Below are positions 20,382 through 36,825 of a stretch of 40,960 nucleotides of DNA, one piece after another. How positions within the stretch are numbered: position 1 is the first letter of the stretch; every line of letters starts with the position of its first letter. The notes under the pieces were generated by a model. That model saw nothing but the letters and a program-made list of their open reading frames with translations, ran no database searches and had not been told where the DNA came from. Made by a program: the position numbers and the translations under genes. Source of the stretch: Actinomycetes bacterium (lineage in GTDB: Bacteria > Actinomycetota > Actinomycetes > S36-B12 > UBA10799); contig JBAXOQ010000002.1 in assembly GCA_037133175.1 (NCBI GenBank), forward strand, positions 1 to 40,960, in the 5' to 3' direction.

Positions 20382-21238
20382 TGGGACACCTGCTGCTGGC
20401 GTTTATCCCCAGTCCGGCTGAGGGAGTCTGGCGGCTCGGCCCAGTGCCGATCCGGGCTTACGCGCTGTGCATCCTGATCGGCATCGTCGTCGGCGTGATC
20501 ATCACGCAGAAGCGATGGGAAGATCGCGGGGGAGACGGCGGCTTCGTTATGGACGTGGCCCTGTGGGCGGTTCCGTTCGGGATCGTAGGTGCCCGGCTGT
20601 ACCACGTTGCCACTGACTTCAGCTCGTACTTCGGCAGCAACGGCAAGGGTCTGGTCGCCGCCCTGCAGATCTGGAACGGCGGCCTGGGTATCTGGGGCGC
20701 CGTCGCGGGTGGGGCGCTGGGAGCGTGGATTTGCTGTCGTCGTCGCGGGGTGCTGATGCCGCCGGTGGCGGATGCGGTCGCGCCGGCTATCGCGGTTGCC
20801 CAGGCCATCGGGCGCTTCGGCAACTACTTCAACCAGGAGCTCTTCGGAACACCGACGACGTTGCCCTGGGGGTTGGCCATCGACCCCGCCAATCGTCCGC
20901 CGGGGTACGAGATGTACGAGACCTTCCAGCCGACCTTCTTGTATGAATCGCTCTGGTGCCTGCTCACCGCGGCGGTCGTTATTTGGGCCGATCGTCGATT
21001 CCGGATGGGCCACGGTCGGGTGTTCGCGCTGTACGTGGCGATCTACTGCCTTGGCCGGTTGGCGTTCGAACTGGTCAGGATCGACAACGCGACGCTCATC
21101 CTGGGTATCCGGGTCAATGTATTCACGGCAGTGCTGGTCGGTTTGGCTGCCGTTGCCTACTTGATTGTCAGCTCGCGGCTGCGACCCGGTCGGGAAACCC
21201 AGTTGATGCGGGTGCCGCTAGAATCCGTGGTGGAGTAG
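20381..21238 (+). CDS. lgt: Prolipoprotein diacylglyceryl transferase
   Basis: GTG at 20381 (shares one nucleotide with the upstream TAG) gives VGHLLLAFIPSP ... IRAYALCILIGIVVG. GRFGNYFNQELFG motif. The ORF-track start at 20189 lies inside the upstream gene. Confidence 0.9.
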   Translation: MGHLLLAFIPSPAEGVWRLGPVPIRAYALCILIGIVVGVIITQKRWEDRGGDGGFVMDVALWAVPFGIVGARLYHVATDFSSYFGSNGKGLVAALQIWNGGLGIWGAVAGGALGAWICCRRRGVLMPPVADAVAPAIAVAQAIGRFGNYFNQELFGTPTTLPWGLAIDPANRPPGYEMYETFQPTFLYESLWCLLTAAVVIWADRRFRMGHGRVFALYVAIYCLGRLAFELVRIDNATLILGIRVNVFTAVLVGLAAVAYLIVSSRLRPGRETQLMRVPLESVVE

Positions 21239-21355
21239 ATTCCGCGCAGCATGCACAGGGCCAACGTCGTCCCTGCGGATGATCAGGTAATAGTGGTTTC
21301 GGCCAGGGGCACATTCAGTGCCGACCACCTGTCCGGCCGGGTTGGAGCCCTCCCG

Positions 21356-21385
21356 CAGGCAGTTACCAGCCCACAGGCAGTTACC
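21356..21385 (+). repeat. Perfect 12-nt direct repeat CAGGCAGTTACC x2 (18-nt period) in the gltB upstream region; possible operator
   Basis: Read directly: copies at 21356-21367 and 21374-21385. The repeat ends 17 nt before the gltB GTG (21403) and sits just upstream of its GGGAG Shine-Dalgarno sequence (21391-21395). The confidence refers to the repeat existing, not to any function. Confidence 0.85.
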
Positions 21386-21402
21386 CAGTAGGGAGCAACG
21401 AC

Positions 21403-24400
21403 GTGTCAATCACTTCCCACGCGACACCGCGACAGGGCCTATATGACCCGACGTTTGAGCATGATGCCTGCGGCGTGGCGTTTGTGGCGACCCTCACCGG
21501 GGTTCCCAGCCATCAAATAGTTGCCCAGTCGCTGACCGCCTTGCGCAATCTGGACCACCGCGGCGCCTCCGGCGCTGAGGTGGACACAGGAGACGGGACC
21601 GGAATCCTGACCCAGATTCCCGATGAGTTCCTGCGTTCCGCTGTCGAGTTTGAACTGCCGGTCCTGGGCAGCTACGCCGTCGGGACAGCCTTCTTGCCCA
21701 ACGACGACGCTGGCGAAGCCCAAGCAATGGCGGCAGTCGCCGCGATTGCGTCCGAAGAGGGCCTGTCAGTGATCGGCTGGCGAAGTGTGCCGACTACCGA
21801 CGGTCTGGTGGGCACTGCGGCGCGGGCGGTTCAGCCACGTTTCCGGCAACTGTTCGTGTCCTCCGCCGGAGCCGAGGGGATGGAACTTGAGCGCCTGGCC
21901 TTCCGGCTGCGCAAACGCGCCGAGCACGAGACTGGTGTCTACTTCCCGTCGCTTTCGGGGCGAACCATCGTGTACAAGGGCATGCTCACGACGGGGCAGA
22001 TCGAGCCGTTCTTCCCGGACCTGTCCGACCCGCTGTTCAAGTCAGCGCTCGGACTAGTGCACTCCCGCTTCTCTACCAACACTTTCCCGAGCTGGGAACT
22101 GGCTCATCCGTTCCGCTACGTCGCCCACAACGGAGAGATCAACACTGTCAAGGGCAACCGGAACTGGATGCAGGCCCGCGAGGCCATGCTCTACAGCGAC
22201 CTGATCCCCGGCGACCTGCGTCAGCTCTTCCCGGTGTGCACCAACACCGGCAGTGACTCGGCCAGCTTCGATGAGGTGCTCGAACTGCTGCACATGGGCG
22301 GGCGTTCGCTGCCGCACTGCGTGCTCATGATGATCCCGGAGGCGTGGGAGAACAACGTCAGGATGGATCCGGCCCGCCGGGCCTTCTACGCCTACCACTC
22401 GACCCTGATGGAACCCTGGGACGGTCCAGCCAGCGTCTCCTTCACAGATGGATCGTTGGTTGGGGCAGTGCTCGACCGCAACGGGCTGCGGCCCGGACGG
22501 TTCTGGATCACCGATGACGGACTAGTGGTTCTCGGCTCAGAGGCAGGCGTTCTTGACCTGGACCCGGCGACAGTGGTTCGCAAGGGCAGGCTGCAGCCCG
22601 GCCGGATGTTCCTGGTCGACACCGTCAATGGCCGGGTCATCGAAGACGATGAGATCAAGGCCGAACTCGCTGCCGAGTTCCCCTACGGCGAGTGGCTGGA
22701 CATGGGTCTGATTCATTTGGAGGACCTGCCAGATCGAGAGCACGTCGTGTTCACCCACACCTCCGTCATCCGTCGGCAGCAGATCTTCGGCTACACCGAA
22801 GAGGAGCTGCGCATTCTGCTGGCGCCGATGGCCCGGACCGGGGCCGAACCGATCGGATCGATGGGAACCGACACTCCGATCGCGGCGCTGTCGGACCGAC
22901 CAAGACTTATCTTCGACTACTTCGCGCAGTTGTTCGCCCAGGTGACCAATCCGCCGCTGGATGCCATCCGGGAAGAGATCGTCACTTCGTTGGGGAGTTC
23001 GATTGGGCGGGAACTGAACCTGCTCGATGCAACCAACGAGCACTGCAAGCACATCATGTTGTCCTTCCCTGTGCTGGACAACGACCAGCTCGCCAAGATC
23101 TTGCACGTCAGTGGACCCGGTGGTCGGGCCGACTTCCATTCGGCCACCGTGTCGATGCTGTACAACGTTGCGGACGGCGCTGAGGGTCTACGTGCCAGGC
23201 TCGCTGCCATGTGCGACGAGGTCGACATCCTGGTTGACCAAGGTGTGGACTTCGTCGTGCTTACCGATCGCGACAGCGACGCAGAGCAGGCGCCCATCCC
23301 GTCGCTGCTGGCCACCGCGGCGGTGCACCACCACCTCGTCCGTCACAAGCGACGTACCCAGGTCAGCCTGCTGGTGGAGTCAGGTGACGTGCGCGAGGTA
23401 CACCACGTTGCGCTGCTTATCGGCTACGGCGCCGCGGCGGTGAACCCCTACTTGGCGATGGAATCGGTGGAGGACCTGGTTCGCAACGGCATGGTTGTCG
23501 GCATCGAGCCAGCTGCGGCCGTTCGCAATCTGGTCAAGGCGCTCGGCAAGGGTGTGCTGAAGGTCATGAGCAAGATGGGGATCTCGACCGTCGCTTCCTA
23601 TCGTGGCGCACAGGTGTTTGAGTGCATCGGCTTGTCCCAGGAGTTGGTCGACAAGTACTTCACCGGGACCACGTCCAAGCTCGGGGGCATCGGTTTGGAC
23701 GTCATCGCCGATGATGTTGCCCGCCGACATCAAGTCGGCTACCCGCGATCCGGGGTCGCGCCAGCGCACCGAACGCTGACGATCGGTGGCCAGTATCAGT
23801 GGCGCCGAGAGGGCGAGCCGCACCTTTTCAACCCGGAGACGGTGTTCCGGCTACAGCACGCCACGCGAGCCAAACGGTACGACATCTTCAAGCAGTATTC
23901 GGCCGGCGTCGACGACCAGTCGAAGGCGTTGATGACGCTTCGTGGGCTGTTCGCCTTCAAGGATGACCGCGAGCCGGTGCCGCTGGACGAGGTCGAACCG
24001 GTGTCGCAGATCGTCAAGCGTTTCTCGACCGGCGCGATGTCCTACGGGTCCATCTCGGGCGAGGCGCACCAGACGCTGGCGATTGCTATGAACCGCCTTG
24101 GCGGCAAGTCCAATACCGGCGAAGGCGGTGAGGATCCGGAGCGGTTCGTGCCCATGGAGAACGGCGACTCGAAGCGATCGTCGATCAAGCAGGTTGCCTC
24201 TGGTCGTTTCGGCGTGACCAGCGAGTACCTGGTCAATGCGGACGACATCCAGATCAAGATGGCGCAAGGCGCCAAGCCCGGCGAAGGCGGGCAACTGCCC
24301 GCGCCGAAGGTGTATCCCTGGATCGCCAAGACTCGACACTCGACACCCGGAGTGGGGCTGATATCGCCGCCGCCACACCACGACATCTACTCCATCGAAG

Positions 24401-25929
24401 ACCTTGCTCAGCTGATCCACGACCTGAAGAACGCCAACCCGCAGGCGCGCATCCACGTCAAGCTGGTCGGTGAGGTCGGCGTCGGAACCGTGGCAGCCGG
24501 GGTAGCCAAAGCCCACGCGGACGTGATCTTGATCTCGGGCCACGACGGCGGCACCGGGGCCTCGCCGCTGACCAGCCTCAAGCACGCCGGTGGTCCGTGG
24601 GAGCTCGGCCTGGCAGAAACGCAGCAGACGCTGCTGCTGAACAAGCTGCGCGACCGGGTAGTGATCCAGACGGACGGACAGCTCAAGACCGGCCGGGACG
24701 TCATCATCGCCGCGCTGCTGGGAGCGGAAGAGTTCGGTTTCGCCACCGCACCGCTGGTGGTGATGGGCTGCGTCATGATGCGTGCCTGCCACCTGGATAC
24801 CTGTCCAGTCGGTATCGCCACCCAGAACCCGGTATTGCGCGATCGGTTTACCGGCACCCCGGAGCAGGTTGAGACCTTCTTCGAGTACATAGCCCTTGAG
24901 GTGCGCGAACTGCTCGCCCAGCTCGGCTTCCGCAGCATGGAAGAGGCCATTGGTCATATCGAGGTGCTGGACACAGTCGATGCCGTGGCGCACTGGAAGG
25001 CCGCAGGATTGGACTTGTCACCGATTCTGCACCAGCCCGAGGTGGAGATCGGTGCGGCTCTGCATCAGGTGATCGAGCAGGACCATGGCTTGTCCAAGGC
25101 GCTGGACTGCCAGTTGATTGATATCTGCCAGGAGGCCCTGGAAACCGGTGCCCCGGTGCGCGCACAGTTGCCGATCCGAAACGTGAATCGCACCGTCGGG
25201 ACCATGCTCGGTAGTCAGCTCACCCGGCGCCACGGCGGGGCCGGCCTGCCTGATGGCACGATTGATCTGACCTTCATCGGATCGGCCGGGCAATCCTTCG
25301 GGGCATTCGTGCCCCGCGGCATAACCTTGCGGCTCGAGGGCGACGTCAACGACTACCTCGGTAAAGGACTGTCCGGCGGCCGGCTGGTCATCCGACCCGA
25401 CCGTGCGGCACCGTTCGAGGCTCACGAGCACATCATCGCCGGCAACGTCATTGCCTACGGTGCCACCGGCGGCGAGATCCTGATTCGTGGCATAGTCGGG
25501 GAGCGGTGCTGTGTTCGCAATAGCGGCGCGACCGTCGTCGTTGAAGGTGCTGGCGATCATCTGTGCGAGTACATGACCGGCGGCAGGGTCGTCGTCCTCG
25601 GCGAAGTCGGTCGCAACGTCGCGGCCGGGATGTCCGGGGGGATCGCCTTCCTGCTTGACCTGGACCAGGAGGCAGTCAATCGCGAGATGGTCGACTGCGA
25701 GCCGCTGGATTCCCAAGACGAGCAATTCCTGACCGAGGTGGTCACCCGACACCGTGATGAGACCGACTCGGCGGTGGCTACCGCTTTGTTGGCGGATTGG
25801 CCGGTCAATGTCCGACGGTTCTCGAAAGTGATGCCGCGGGATTACAAACGGGTGCTGGCTGCAATCGCCCGGGCACAGGCTCTCGGCGAAGACGTTGATG
25901 AAGCAGTAATGGAGGCGGCTCGTGGCTGA
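21403..25929 (+). CDS. gltB: Glutamate synthase large subunit
   Basis: 1508-aa ORF. Amidotransferase Cys in [15 protein letters not shown]/synthase domain ([22 protein letters not shown]) and a C-terminal GXGXG beta-helix domain. Confidence 0.97.
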   Translation: MSITSHATPRQGLYDPTFEHDACGVAFVATLTGVPSHQIVAQSLTALRNLDHRGASGAEVDTGDGTGILTQIPDEFLRSAVEFELPVLGSYAVGTAFLPNDDAGEAQAMAAVAAIASEEGLSVIGWRSVPTTDGLVGTAARAVQPRFRQLFVSSAGAEGMELERLAFRLRKRAEHETGVYFPSLSGRTIVYKGMLTTGQIEPFFPDLSDPLFKSALGLVHSRFSTNTFPSWELAHPFRYVAHNGEINTVKGNRNWMQAREAMLYSDLIPGDLRQLFPVCTNTGSDSASFDEVLELLHMGGRSLPHCVLMMIPEAWENNVRMDPARRAFYAYHSTLMEPWDGPASVSFTDGSLVGAVLDRNGLRPGRFWITDDGLVVLGSEAGVLDLDPATVVRKGRLQPGRMFLVDTVNGRVIEDDEIKAELAAEFPYGEWLDMGLIHLEDLPDREHVVFTHTSVIRRQQIFGYTEEELRILLAPMARTGAEPIGSMGTDTPIAALSDRPRLIFDYFAQLFAQVTNPPLDAIREEIVTSLGSSIGRELNLLDATNEHCKHIMLSFPVLDNDQLAKILHVSGPGGRADFHSATVSMLYNVADGAEGLRARLAAMCDEVDILVDQGVDFVVLTDRDSDAEQAPIPSLLATAAVHHHLVRHKRRTQVSLLVESGDVREVHHVALLIGYGAAAVNPYLAMESVEDLVRNGMVVGIEPAAAVRNLVKALGKGVLKVMSKMGISTVASYRGAQVFECIGLSQELVDKYFTGTTSKLGGIGLDVIADDVARRHQVGYPRSGVAPAHRTLTIGGQYQWRREGEPHLFNPETVFRLQHATRAKRYDIFKQYSAGVDDQSKALMTLRGLFAFKDDREPVPLDEVEPVSQIVKRFSTGAMSYGSISGEAHQTLAIAMNRLGGKSNTGEGGEDPERFVPMENGDSKRSSIKQVASGRFGVTSEYLVNADDIQIKMAQGAKPGEGGQLPAPKVYPWIAKTRHSTPGVGLISPPPHHDIYSIEDLAQLIHDLKNANPQARIHVKLVGEVGVGTVAAGVAKAHADVILISGHDGGTGASPLTSLKHAGGPWELGLAETQQTLLLNKLRDRVVIQTDGQLKTGRDVIIAALLGAEEFGFATAPLVVMGCVMMRACHLDTCPVGIATQNPVLRDRFTGTPEQVETFFEYIALEVRELLAQLGFRSMEEAIGHIEVLDTVDAVAHWKAAGLDLSPILHQPEVEIGAALHQVIEQDHGLSKALDCQLIDICQEALETGAPVRAQLPIRNVNRTVGTMLGSQLTRRHGGAGLPDGTIDLTFIGSAGQSFGAFVPRGITLRLEGDVNDYLGKGLSGGRLVIRPDRAAPFEAHEHIIAGNVIAYGATGGEILIRGIVGERCCVRNSGATVVVEGAGDHLCEYMTGGRVVVLGEVGRNVAAGMSGGIAFLLDLDQEAVNREMVDCEPLDSQDEQFLTEVVTRHRDETDSAVATALLADWPVNVRRFSKVMPRDYKRVLAAIARAQALGEDVDEAVMEAARG

Positions 25930-27376
25930 TCCCAGAGGGTTTCTCAAGTCCTCACGTAACCTTCCCAAGCGTCGGCCGGTCGAGGTACGTATCCACGACT
26001 GGCGGGAGGTCTATGAGGAGTTTGCCGATGGTGCCGTTCGGGAGCAGGCCGGCCGATGCATGGACTGTGGCATACCTTTTTGCCACAACGGGTGCCCGCT
26101 GGGCAATCTGATTCCCGAATGGAACGATCTGGTGTGGCGTGACGACTGGTCCGATGCCATCGAGCGGCTGCACGCCACCAATAACTTCCCGGAGTTCACC
26201 GGCAGGCTGTGTCCGGCTCCCTGTGAGACGGCTTGTGTGCTCGGCATCAACCAGGATCCGGTGACGATCAAACAGGTTGAAGTCGAGATCATCGACCGAG
26301 CCTGGACGCAGGGGTCAGTGCCGCCGCAGCCACCCGAGCGCCTTTCAGGCAAGACCGTCGCCGTGGTTGGGTCCGGCCCGGCCGGGCTTGCGGCCGCACA
26401 GCAGCTAGCGCGGGCCGGGCACACGGTCGCCGTGTACGAGCGGGACGATCGGATCGGTGGCTTGTTGCGCTACGGGATCCCCGAGTTCAAGATGGAGAAA
26501 TTCCACCTGAACCGGCGGCTGAGTCAGATGGAGGCAGAGGGCGTCAAGTTCAGGGTCGGCGTGGCAGTGGGGACCGATGTCACTGGGGAAGACCTGCGCC
26601 GCAGATACGACGCGGTGGTGCTGGCTATCGGAGCCACAGTACGCCGGGACCTGCAGGCGCCCGGACGGGAATTGTCCGGCATCCACCAGGCGATGGACTA
26701 CCTGCCGCTGTCGAACAGGGTGTGCGAGGGAGATTGTGATTCCGCTGCCATCGACGCACGGGGCAAGCACGTCGTTGTCATCGGCGGTGGGGACACGGGC
26801 GCCGACTGCCTGGGAACTGCCACCCGCCAGGGCGCGGCGTCGGTCACTCAACTGGAGATCATGCCGCGGCCGGGCAACGAGCGCTCGTCCGCGCATCCGT
26901 GGCCGACGTACCCAATGATCTACCGAGTGTCCTCGGCACATGAGGAGGGCGGCGAACGGGTCTTCGCTGTCAATACCAACAGATTCCTGGGCGACGGCGC
27001 CGGATCGGTGGCCGGGCTTGAACTGGTGGAAGTCGATTTCGTTGATGGCAGATTCCAGCCCGTGCCGGGATCGGAGCGGGTGCTGCCAGCGGACTTGGTG
27101 TTCTTGGCGATGGGGTTCACCGGGCCGGAACAGGGTCCGCTGGTCCATGAGCTCGGCCTGCAGATAGACGCTCGGGGCAACATCGTGCGAGATGACGATT
27201 TCGCCACCGGGGTCGAGGGTGTCTTTGTCGCTGGCGATGCCGGTCGCGGTCAAAGCCTGATCGTGTGGGCGATCGCCGAGGGACGGTCTACCGCCGCCGC
27301 GGTGGACCGGTTCCTCACCGGCGAGACCAACCTGCCCGAGCCGATCGCTCCGACGACCCGACCGCTGGTGGTCTGA
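25922..27376 (+). CDS. gltD: Glutamate synthase small subunit (NADPH)
   Basis: 484-aa ORF. Fe-S Cys cluster [10 protein letters not shown] ... CPLGN and dinucleotide fold [20 protein letters not shown]. 8-nt overlap with gltB. Confidence 0.95.
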   Translation: MADPRGFLKSSRNLPKRRPVEVRIHDWREVYEEFADGAVREQAGRCMDCGIPFCHNGCPLGNLIPEWNDLVWRDDWSDAIERLHATNNFPEFTGRLCPAPCETACVLGINQDPVTIKQVEVEIIDRAWTQGSVPPQPPERLSGKTVAVVGSGPAGLAAAQQLARAGHTVAVYERDDRIGGLLRYGIPEFKMEKFHLNRRLSQMEAEGVKFRVGVAVGTDVTGEDLRRRYDAVVLAIGATVRRDLQAPGRELSGIHQAMDYLPLSNRVCEGDCDSAAIDARGKHVVVIGGGDTGADCLGTATRQGAASVTQLEIMPRPGNERSSAHPWPTYPMIYRVSSAHEEGGERVFAVNTNRFLGDGAGSVAGLELVEVDFVDGRFQPVPGSERVLPADLVFLAMGFTGPEQGPLVHELGLQIDARGNIVRDDDFATGVEGVFVAGDAGRGQSLIVWAIAEGRSTAAAVDRFLTGETNLPEPIAPTTRPLVV

Positions 27377-27377
27377 G

Positions 27378-28814
27378 ATGCGCCGTGCGAAGATCATCTG
27401 CACGCTTGGACCTTCGACCGCCGGCCTGGAAGCGATGCAGGAACTGGTCGACGCAGGGATGGACGTGGCCCGGATCAACCTGAGTCACGGCAAGCGCGAG
27501 GAACTGCAAGCCGCTATCGCCGATGTCCGGGCGGCCAGCGACGCCAGTGGCCGTGCCGTGGCTGTGCTGGCCGACCTTCAAGGCCCGAAGATCAGGTTGG
27601 GTCGGTTCGCCAACGGCCCGGTCATCCTGCGCAACGGTGCCGAGTTCGTCATCACCACCGAGGATGTCGTCGGTGACGAGACCCAGTGCTCCACGACCTA
27701 CAAGGGGCTGCCCGGCGACGTGAATCCCGGTGATCCGCTGCTGATCAACGATGGCGCGGTGCTGCTGCGCGCGCTGAGGGTCGTGGGACCGCGGATCATC
27801 ACCGAGGTTGTTGAGGGCGGGCAAATCTCGGACCACAAGGGCATCAACCTGCCCGGGGTCCCGGTCGGTGTGCCGCCGCTGAGCGGCAAGGACATCAACG
27901 ATCTGCGGTGGGCGCTGAAGGCCGGGGTGGATCTGGTGGCGCTGTCCTTCGTGCGTGCGGCAGCCGATGTGGTGGCGGTACACACGATCATGGACGAGGT
28001 CGGGGTCCATGTGCCGGTTCTGGCCAAGATTGAGAAGCCGCAGGCCGTCGACAACCTCGCCGAGATCGTCGCGGCCTTCGATGGGGTGATGGTGGCCCGC
28101 GGTGATCTGGGGGTCGAGCTCCCGATGGAGCAAGTGCCGCTGGTGCAGAAGCGGGCGATCACACTGTGTCGAGAGCACGGCAAACCGGTGATTGTGGCGA
28201 CTCAGATCCTGGAGTCGATGATCACCGCGAGGCGGCCGACCCGGGCCGAGGCTTCGGATGTGGCCAACGCCGTGATCGATGGCACCGATGCGCTGATGCT
28301 GTCGGCCGAGACCAGCGTCGGCGCCCATCCCGCCCTGGTGGTGCAGACGATGGCCCGGATCATCCGTTACGTCGAGGAGCAGACCCTGGACTTCGTGCCG
28401 CCCATCCCGCACGATGAGGGCGGCTCGCCGTCCCGGGCGATGACGAACGCCGCCTGCCAGGTCGGCGAGGCGGTTGGGGCGACCCAGATCTGCACCTACA
28501 CGCTGACTGGTCTGTCGGCCCGGCTGGTGGCGCGGCACAGGTCGCCCATTCCGCTGTGCGTGTTCACGCCCAATCCGCGGGTGCGCTCCGAGCTGTCGTT
28601 GGTGTGGGGGGTGGAGACGTTCCTGTGCGAGGCGGCGGACACCACCGACACCATGGTTCAGATGGTGGACCGGGAACTGCTCCTGCTCGAACGCTGCCGG
28701 CGCGGCGATCACATCGTCATCACCGCCGGAGTGCCGCCGGGAATCCCAGGCAAGACCAACGGGCTGCGAGTGCCCACCATGGGCACGTTGGCGAGCGAGG
28801 TTTTCGCTCCCTGA
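27378..28814 (+). CDS. pyk: Pyruvate kinase
   Basis: 478-aa ORF with MRRAKIICTLGPS, MVARGDLGVELP and ATQILESM motifs. It starts 1 nt after the gltD stop. Confidence 0.96.
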   Translation: MRRAKIICTLGPSTAGLEAMQELVDAGMDVARINLSHGKREELQAAIADVRAASDASGRAVAVLADLQGPKIRLGRFANGPVILRNGAEFVITTEDVVGDETQCSTTYKGLPGDVNPGDPLLINDGAVLLRALRVVGPRIITEVVEGGQISDHKGINLPGVPVGVPPLSGKDINDLRWALKAGVDLVALSFVRAAADVVAVHTIMDEVGVHVPVLAKIEKPQAVDNLAEIVAAFDGVMVARGDLGVELPMEQVPLVQKRAITLCREHGKPVIVATQILESMITARRPTRAEASDVANAVIDGTDALMLSAETSVGAHPALVVQTMARIIRYVEEQTLDFVPPIPHDEGGSPSRAMTNAACQVGEAVGATQICTYTLTGLSARLVARHRSPIPLCVFTPNPRVRSELSLVWGVETFLCEAADTTDTMVQMVDRELLLLERCRRGDHIVITAGVPPGIPGKTNGLRVPTMGTLASEVFAP

Positions 28815-28821
28815 GGCCGCG

Positions 28822-29313
28822 CTAGAAGTCCATACTCCGGCGCGCCTCTGCGTTCAGGACGCCCCAGGTGATGAGCTGCTCGGCGAGCACGCTGGGCTGT
28901 TCATCGTAGATGACCGCAAGGGTTCGCAAGTCGTCCTGGCGGATCGACAGGATGCGTCCGTTGTAGTCCCCACGTTGGGCTTGGATCGCCGCCGCGTACC
29001 GTGCCAACGGACCGGCTTTGTCAGCTGGCACCCGGCCGAGCCGTTCGAGGTCGAGCACCAGTCGGGGGGGTGGCTCTGCCGCAGCTGCCGGCGATGCGTC
29101 GGGCAACAATTCCGACACCGGAATGCCGTAGAACTCGGCGAGCTCAGCCAGCTTCTGGACGGTAACGGCCCGATCCCCGCGTTCGTAGGAGCCAACAACC
29201 ACAGCCTTCCACTTGCCGTCAGATCGTTCCTCGACGCCGTGCAGACTCAGGCCCTGTTGCTGGCGAACGGCGCGCAGCTTGGCCCCGAGCGCCCTTGCAT
29301 AGTCGCTTGCCAT
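28822..29313 (-). CDS. bldD: BldD-type developmental transcriptional regulator (XRE HTH plus c-di-GMP-binding C-terminal domain)
   Basis: From ATG 29313: MASDYARALGAKLRAVRQQQGLSLHGVEERSDGKWKAVVVGSYERGDRAVTVQKLAELAEFYG, then PPPRLVLDLERL and RGD-x8-RQDD (RGDYNGRILSIRQDD). This is close to Streptomyces BldD as I recall it. It is divergent from pyrR, as in Streptomyces. The ORF-track TTG start at 29340 adds 9 residues with no counterpart in BldD. Confidence 0.88.
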   Translation of the reverse strand: MASDYARALGAKLRAVRQQQGLSLHGVEERSDGKWKAVVVGSYERGDRAVTVQKLAELAEFYGIPVSELLPDASPAAAAEPPPRLVLDLERLGRVPADKAGPLARYAAAIQAQRGDYNGRILSIRQDDLRTLAVIYDEQPSVLAEQLITWGVLNAEARRSMDF

Positions 29314-29458
29314 TGCACACCCTGGGATTGTGATCTTCAAAATGGGGGCTTTCGACTTGACGCTACGGAGAGTGACTACCGGAATGCAACTCGGAAGGGG
29401 GCGAAAGAGTGGTTTTTCCTTCTCGGTGGTAGGTTGAAGCGGACTGCTCGACGTCCTT

Positions 29459-31051
<1,593 letters not shown>

Positions 31052-31055
<4 letters not shown>

Positions 31056-32350
31056 CATCGACAGTGCTTCGCGGAGCCCGACCGCTCGGCGGTGATCAGG
31101 TCGACCTGGTCATCACTGACGCAGTGATCTCCGCAGTGGAAGCCCCCGGCTCTGCTGACACGACCGGTGCCACGGTCATCGACGCTGACGGCCTGATTGC
31201 CATGCCCGGCTTCGTTGATTTGCACACCCATCTGCGCGAACCCGGCAGGGAAGACTCTGAGACGGTCGAGACCGGCACGATGGCCGCCGCGGTCGGCGGT
31301 TTCACTGCCGTGCACGCGATGGCCAACACTTCTCCGGCGGCCGATACTGCCGGGGTGGTCGAGCAGGTGTGGCGGCTAGGTACCGAGGCAGGGTGGTGTG
31401 AAGTCCGCCCAGTCGGCGCCGTCACCATGGGCCTGGCAGGCAAGCAGCTCGCCGAACTCGGCGCGATGGCTGATTCCGCCGCGGCCGTGCGGGTGTTCTC
31501 CGACGATGGCCACTGCGTCGACGATGCGGTGATCATGCGTCGGGCGCTTGAGTACGTCAAGGCGTTCGACGGCGTCATCGCCCAACACGCCCAAGAACCG
31601 AGGCTGACCAGCGGCGCGCAGATGAACGAATGCGAACTGTCCGGCGTTCTCGGGCTGACGGGCTGGCCCGCGGTCGCCGAAGAGGCCATTGTGGCTCGTG
31701 ACGTGCTGTTGGCCCAGCATGTGGGCAGCCGCCTGCACGTGTGCCACGTATCCACCGCCGGCTCCGTTGAGCTCATCCGATGGGCCAAGTCCAAGGGTGT
31801 CAATGTGACCGCAGAGGTGACTCCACACCACCTGCTGCTGACCGATCAACTGGCCGCCTCCTATAACCCGATCTACAAGGTGAACCCGCCCCTTCGCTCG
31901 GCACAGGACGTGATTGCCCTGCGGCAGGCGTTGGCCGACGGCACGATCGACGCGGTCGCGACTGACCATGCTCCGCACCCGGTGGAGGACAAAGAGTGCG
32001 AGTGGGACGCCGCGGCCTTCGGCATGGTCGGACTTGAAACGGCATTGTCGGTGGTCGTCGAGGCGATGGTGAGCACTGGACTGTTGGACTGGGCGGGGGT
32101 GGCCGACCGGATGTCGTTCCGGCCGGCGCTGATCGGTCGGGTCGCCGGCCAGGGACGGCCGTTGGCGGTCGGGGAACCGGCGAACATCACCTTGATCGAC
32201 CCCGTGGCAACCTGGACCGTGGTTCCGCGGGATCTGGCAGGTCGCAGCCACAACACGCCCTATGGCGGCAGGTCGCTTCCCGCCCGGGTCGTGACAACAA
32301 TTTTCGGCGGACGTATCACCGTCGATGACGGCACTGCAGTGAGGCGATAG
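31052..32350 (+). CDS. pyrC: Dihydroorotase
   Basis: ATG at 31052 overlaps the pyrB stop (ATGA). [14 protein letters not shown] and ATDHAPH motifs. The ORF-track start at 30707 lies inside pyrB. Confidence 0.94.
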
Positions 32351-32356
32351 ACACCC

Positions 32357-33492
32357 GTGGCCCCATCACCGGACATGGCCCTGTTGGTACTTGAGGACGG
32401 ACGCACGTTCGTTGGGCGCGCATTCGGCGCCCGGGGTTCGGCGTTCGGGGAGGCCGTTTTCTCGACCGGTATGACCGGCTACCAGGAAACGCTCACCGAC
32501 CCCTCCTACCACCGGCAGGTGGTCGTCATGACGGCCCCGCACATCGGCAACACCGGCATGAACGACGAAGACAGTGAGTCGCGCCGGATCTGGCCGAGCG
32601 CGTACGTGGTCCGGGACCCGTCCCGGATCCCCAGCAATTGGCGCTCACAGCGCACGCTGGATGACGATCTGGTCGCCAATGGGGTCGTCGGGATCTGTGA
32701 GATCGACACGAGGGCGCTGACCAGACACCTGCGTGAGCGCGGTGCCATGCGTGCTGGAGTCTTCTCCGCCGATGCCGTCTGGACTCCGGTGGGTGAGTTG
32801 TTGGCCGCCGTCCGGGCGAGTCCGTCGATGGTCGGCGCCGACCTCAGCGGCGAGGTCACAACCGACGAGCCGTATGTGGTCTGCGCCGTCGGACCCCGAC
32901 GGTTTCGGGTGGTTGCCGTCGACTTGGGCATCAAGGCGATGACTCCGCGGCTGATGGCAGAACGCGGCATCGAGGTCACAGTTGTGCCGTCCTCGATCAC
33001 GAATTCCGAGATCGCCGAACTGGCACCGGACGGCCTGTTCCTGTCCAACGGCCCCGGGGACCCGGCCACCGCCGAGCACGCAGTCGAACTCGTGCAGTCA
33101 GCGCTGTCGCGACGGCTGCCCACGTTCGGCATTTGCTACGGCAACCAGGTTCTGGGCCGGGCATTGGGCTTTTCGACCTACAAGCTGCGGTTCGGCCACC
33201 GCGGGATCAACCAGCCGGTGATGGACCTGACGACCGGCAAGGTCGAGATCACTGCCCAGAACCATGGTTTCGCGGTCGCCGGAACCCCCGGCAAGGTCGT
33301 CGATACCCCATTCGGAAGGGCCAGGGTGTCCCACTTGGGCCTCAACGACGATGTGGTCGAGGGCATCGAATGCCTTGACGTACCGGCATTCTCTGTCCAA
33401 TACCACCCAGAGGCGGCGGCGGGTCCGCACGATTCGGCGTACCTATTCGACCGGTTCGTCGATCTGATGGTCGCTTCGGCGGGTGAACGCTG

Positions 33493-33493
<1 letters not shown>
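32357..33493 (+). CDS. carA: Carbamoyl-phosphate synthase small (glutaminase) subunit
   Basis: 378-aa ORF with [12 protein letters not shown], catalytic Cys in FGICYGNQ, and HRGINQPV. An alternative ATG at 32375 (MALLVLEDG) is possible. Confidence 0.95.

Positions 33494-36821
<3,328 letters not shown>

Positions 36822-36825
<4 letters not shown>

Noticed and set aside
21362-21384. Calling the gltB upstream repeat a GlnR box.
   Set aside because: Only the GTTAC a-site-like cores are present. There is no GAAAC-like b-site 6 nt downstream, and the 18-nt period differs from the 22-nt a-to-a spacing of the published consensus. It is reported as an unassigned repeat instead.
21218-21409. 63-aa minus-strand ORF in the lgt-gltB spacer (contains [10 protein letters not shown]).
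   Set aside because: The repeated peptide is simply the translation of the 12-nt direct repeat. There is no ribosome-binding site, no family resemblance, and it overlaps the lgt 3' end and the gltB start.
27315-28712. 465-aa minus-strand ORF antisense to pyk. Similar long antisense ORFs lie at 35560-36981 (473 aa), 37579-38811 (410 aa), 34069-35259 (396 aa), 23851-24993 (380 aa), 29937-31058 (373 aa) and 26405-27478 (357 aa).
   Set aside because: All lie entirely opposite genes with unmistakable conserved products. Their translations are Arg/Pro/Gly-rich and low in complexity, with no recognisable motifs. Long stop-free antisense frames are an expected by-product of high GC3 coding sequence.
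29314-29340. TTG start at 29340 adding MKITIPGCA to the BldD orthologue.
   Set aside because: BldD proteins begin at the equivalent of MASDYARALGAKL. The extra nine residues have no counterpart, and TTG is a weaker start than the ATG at 29313.
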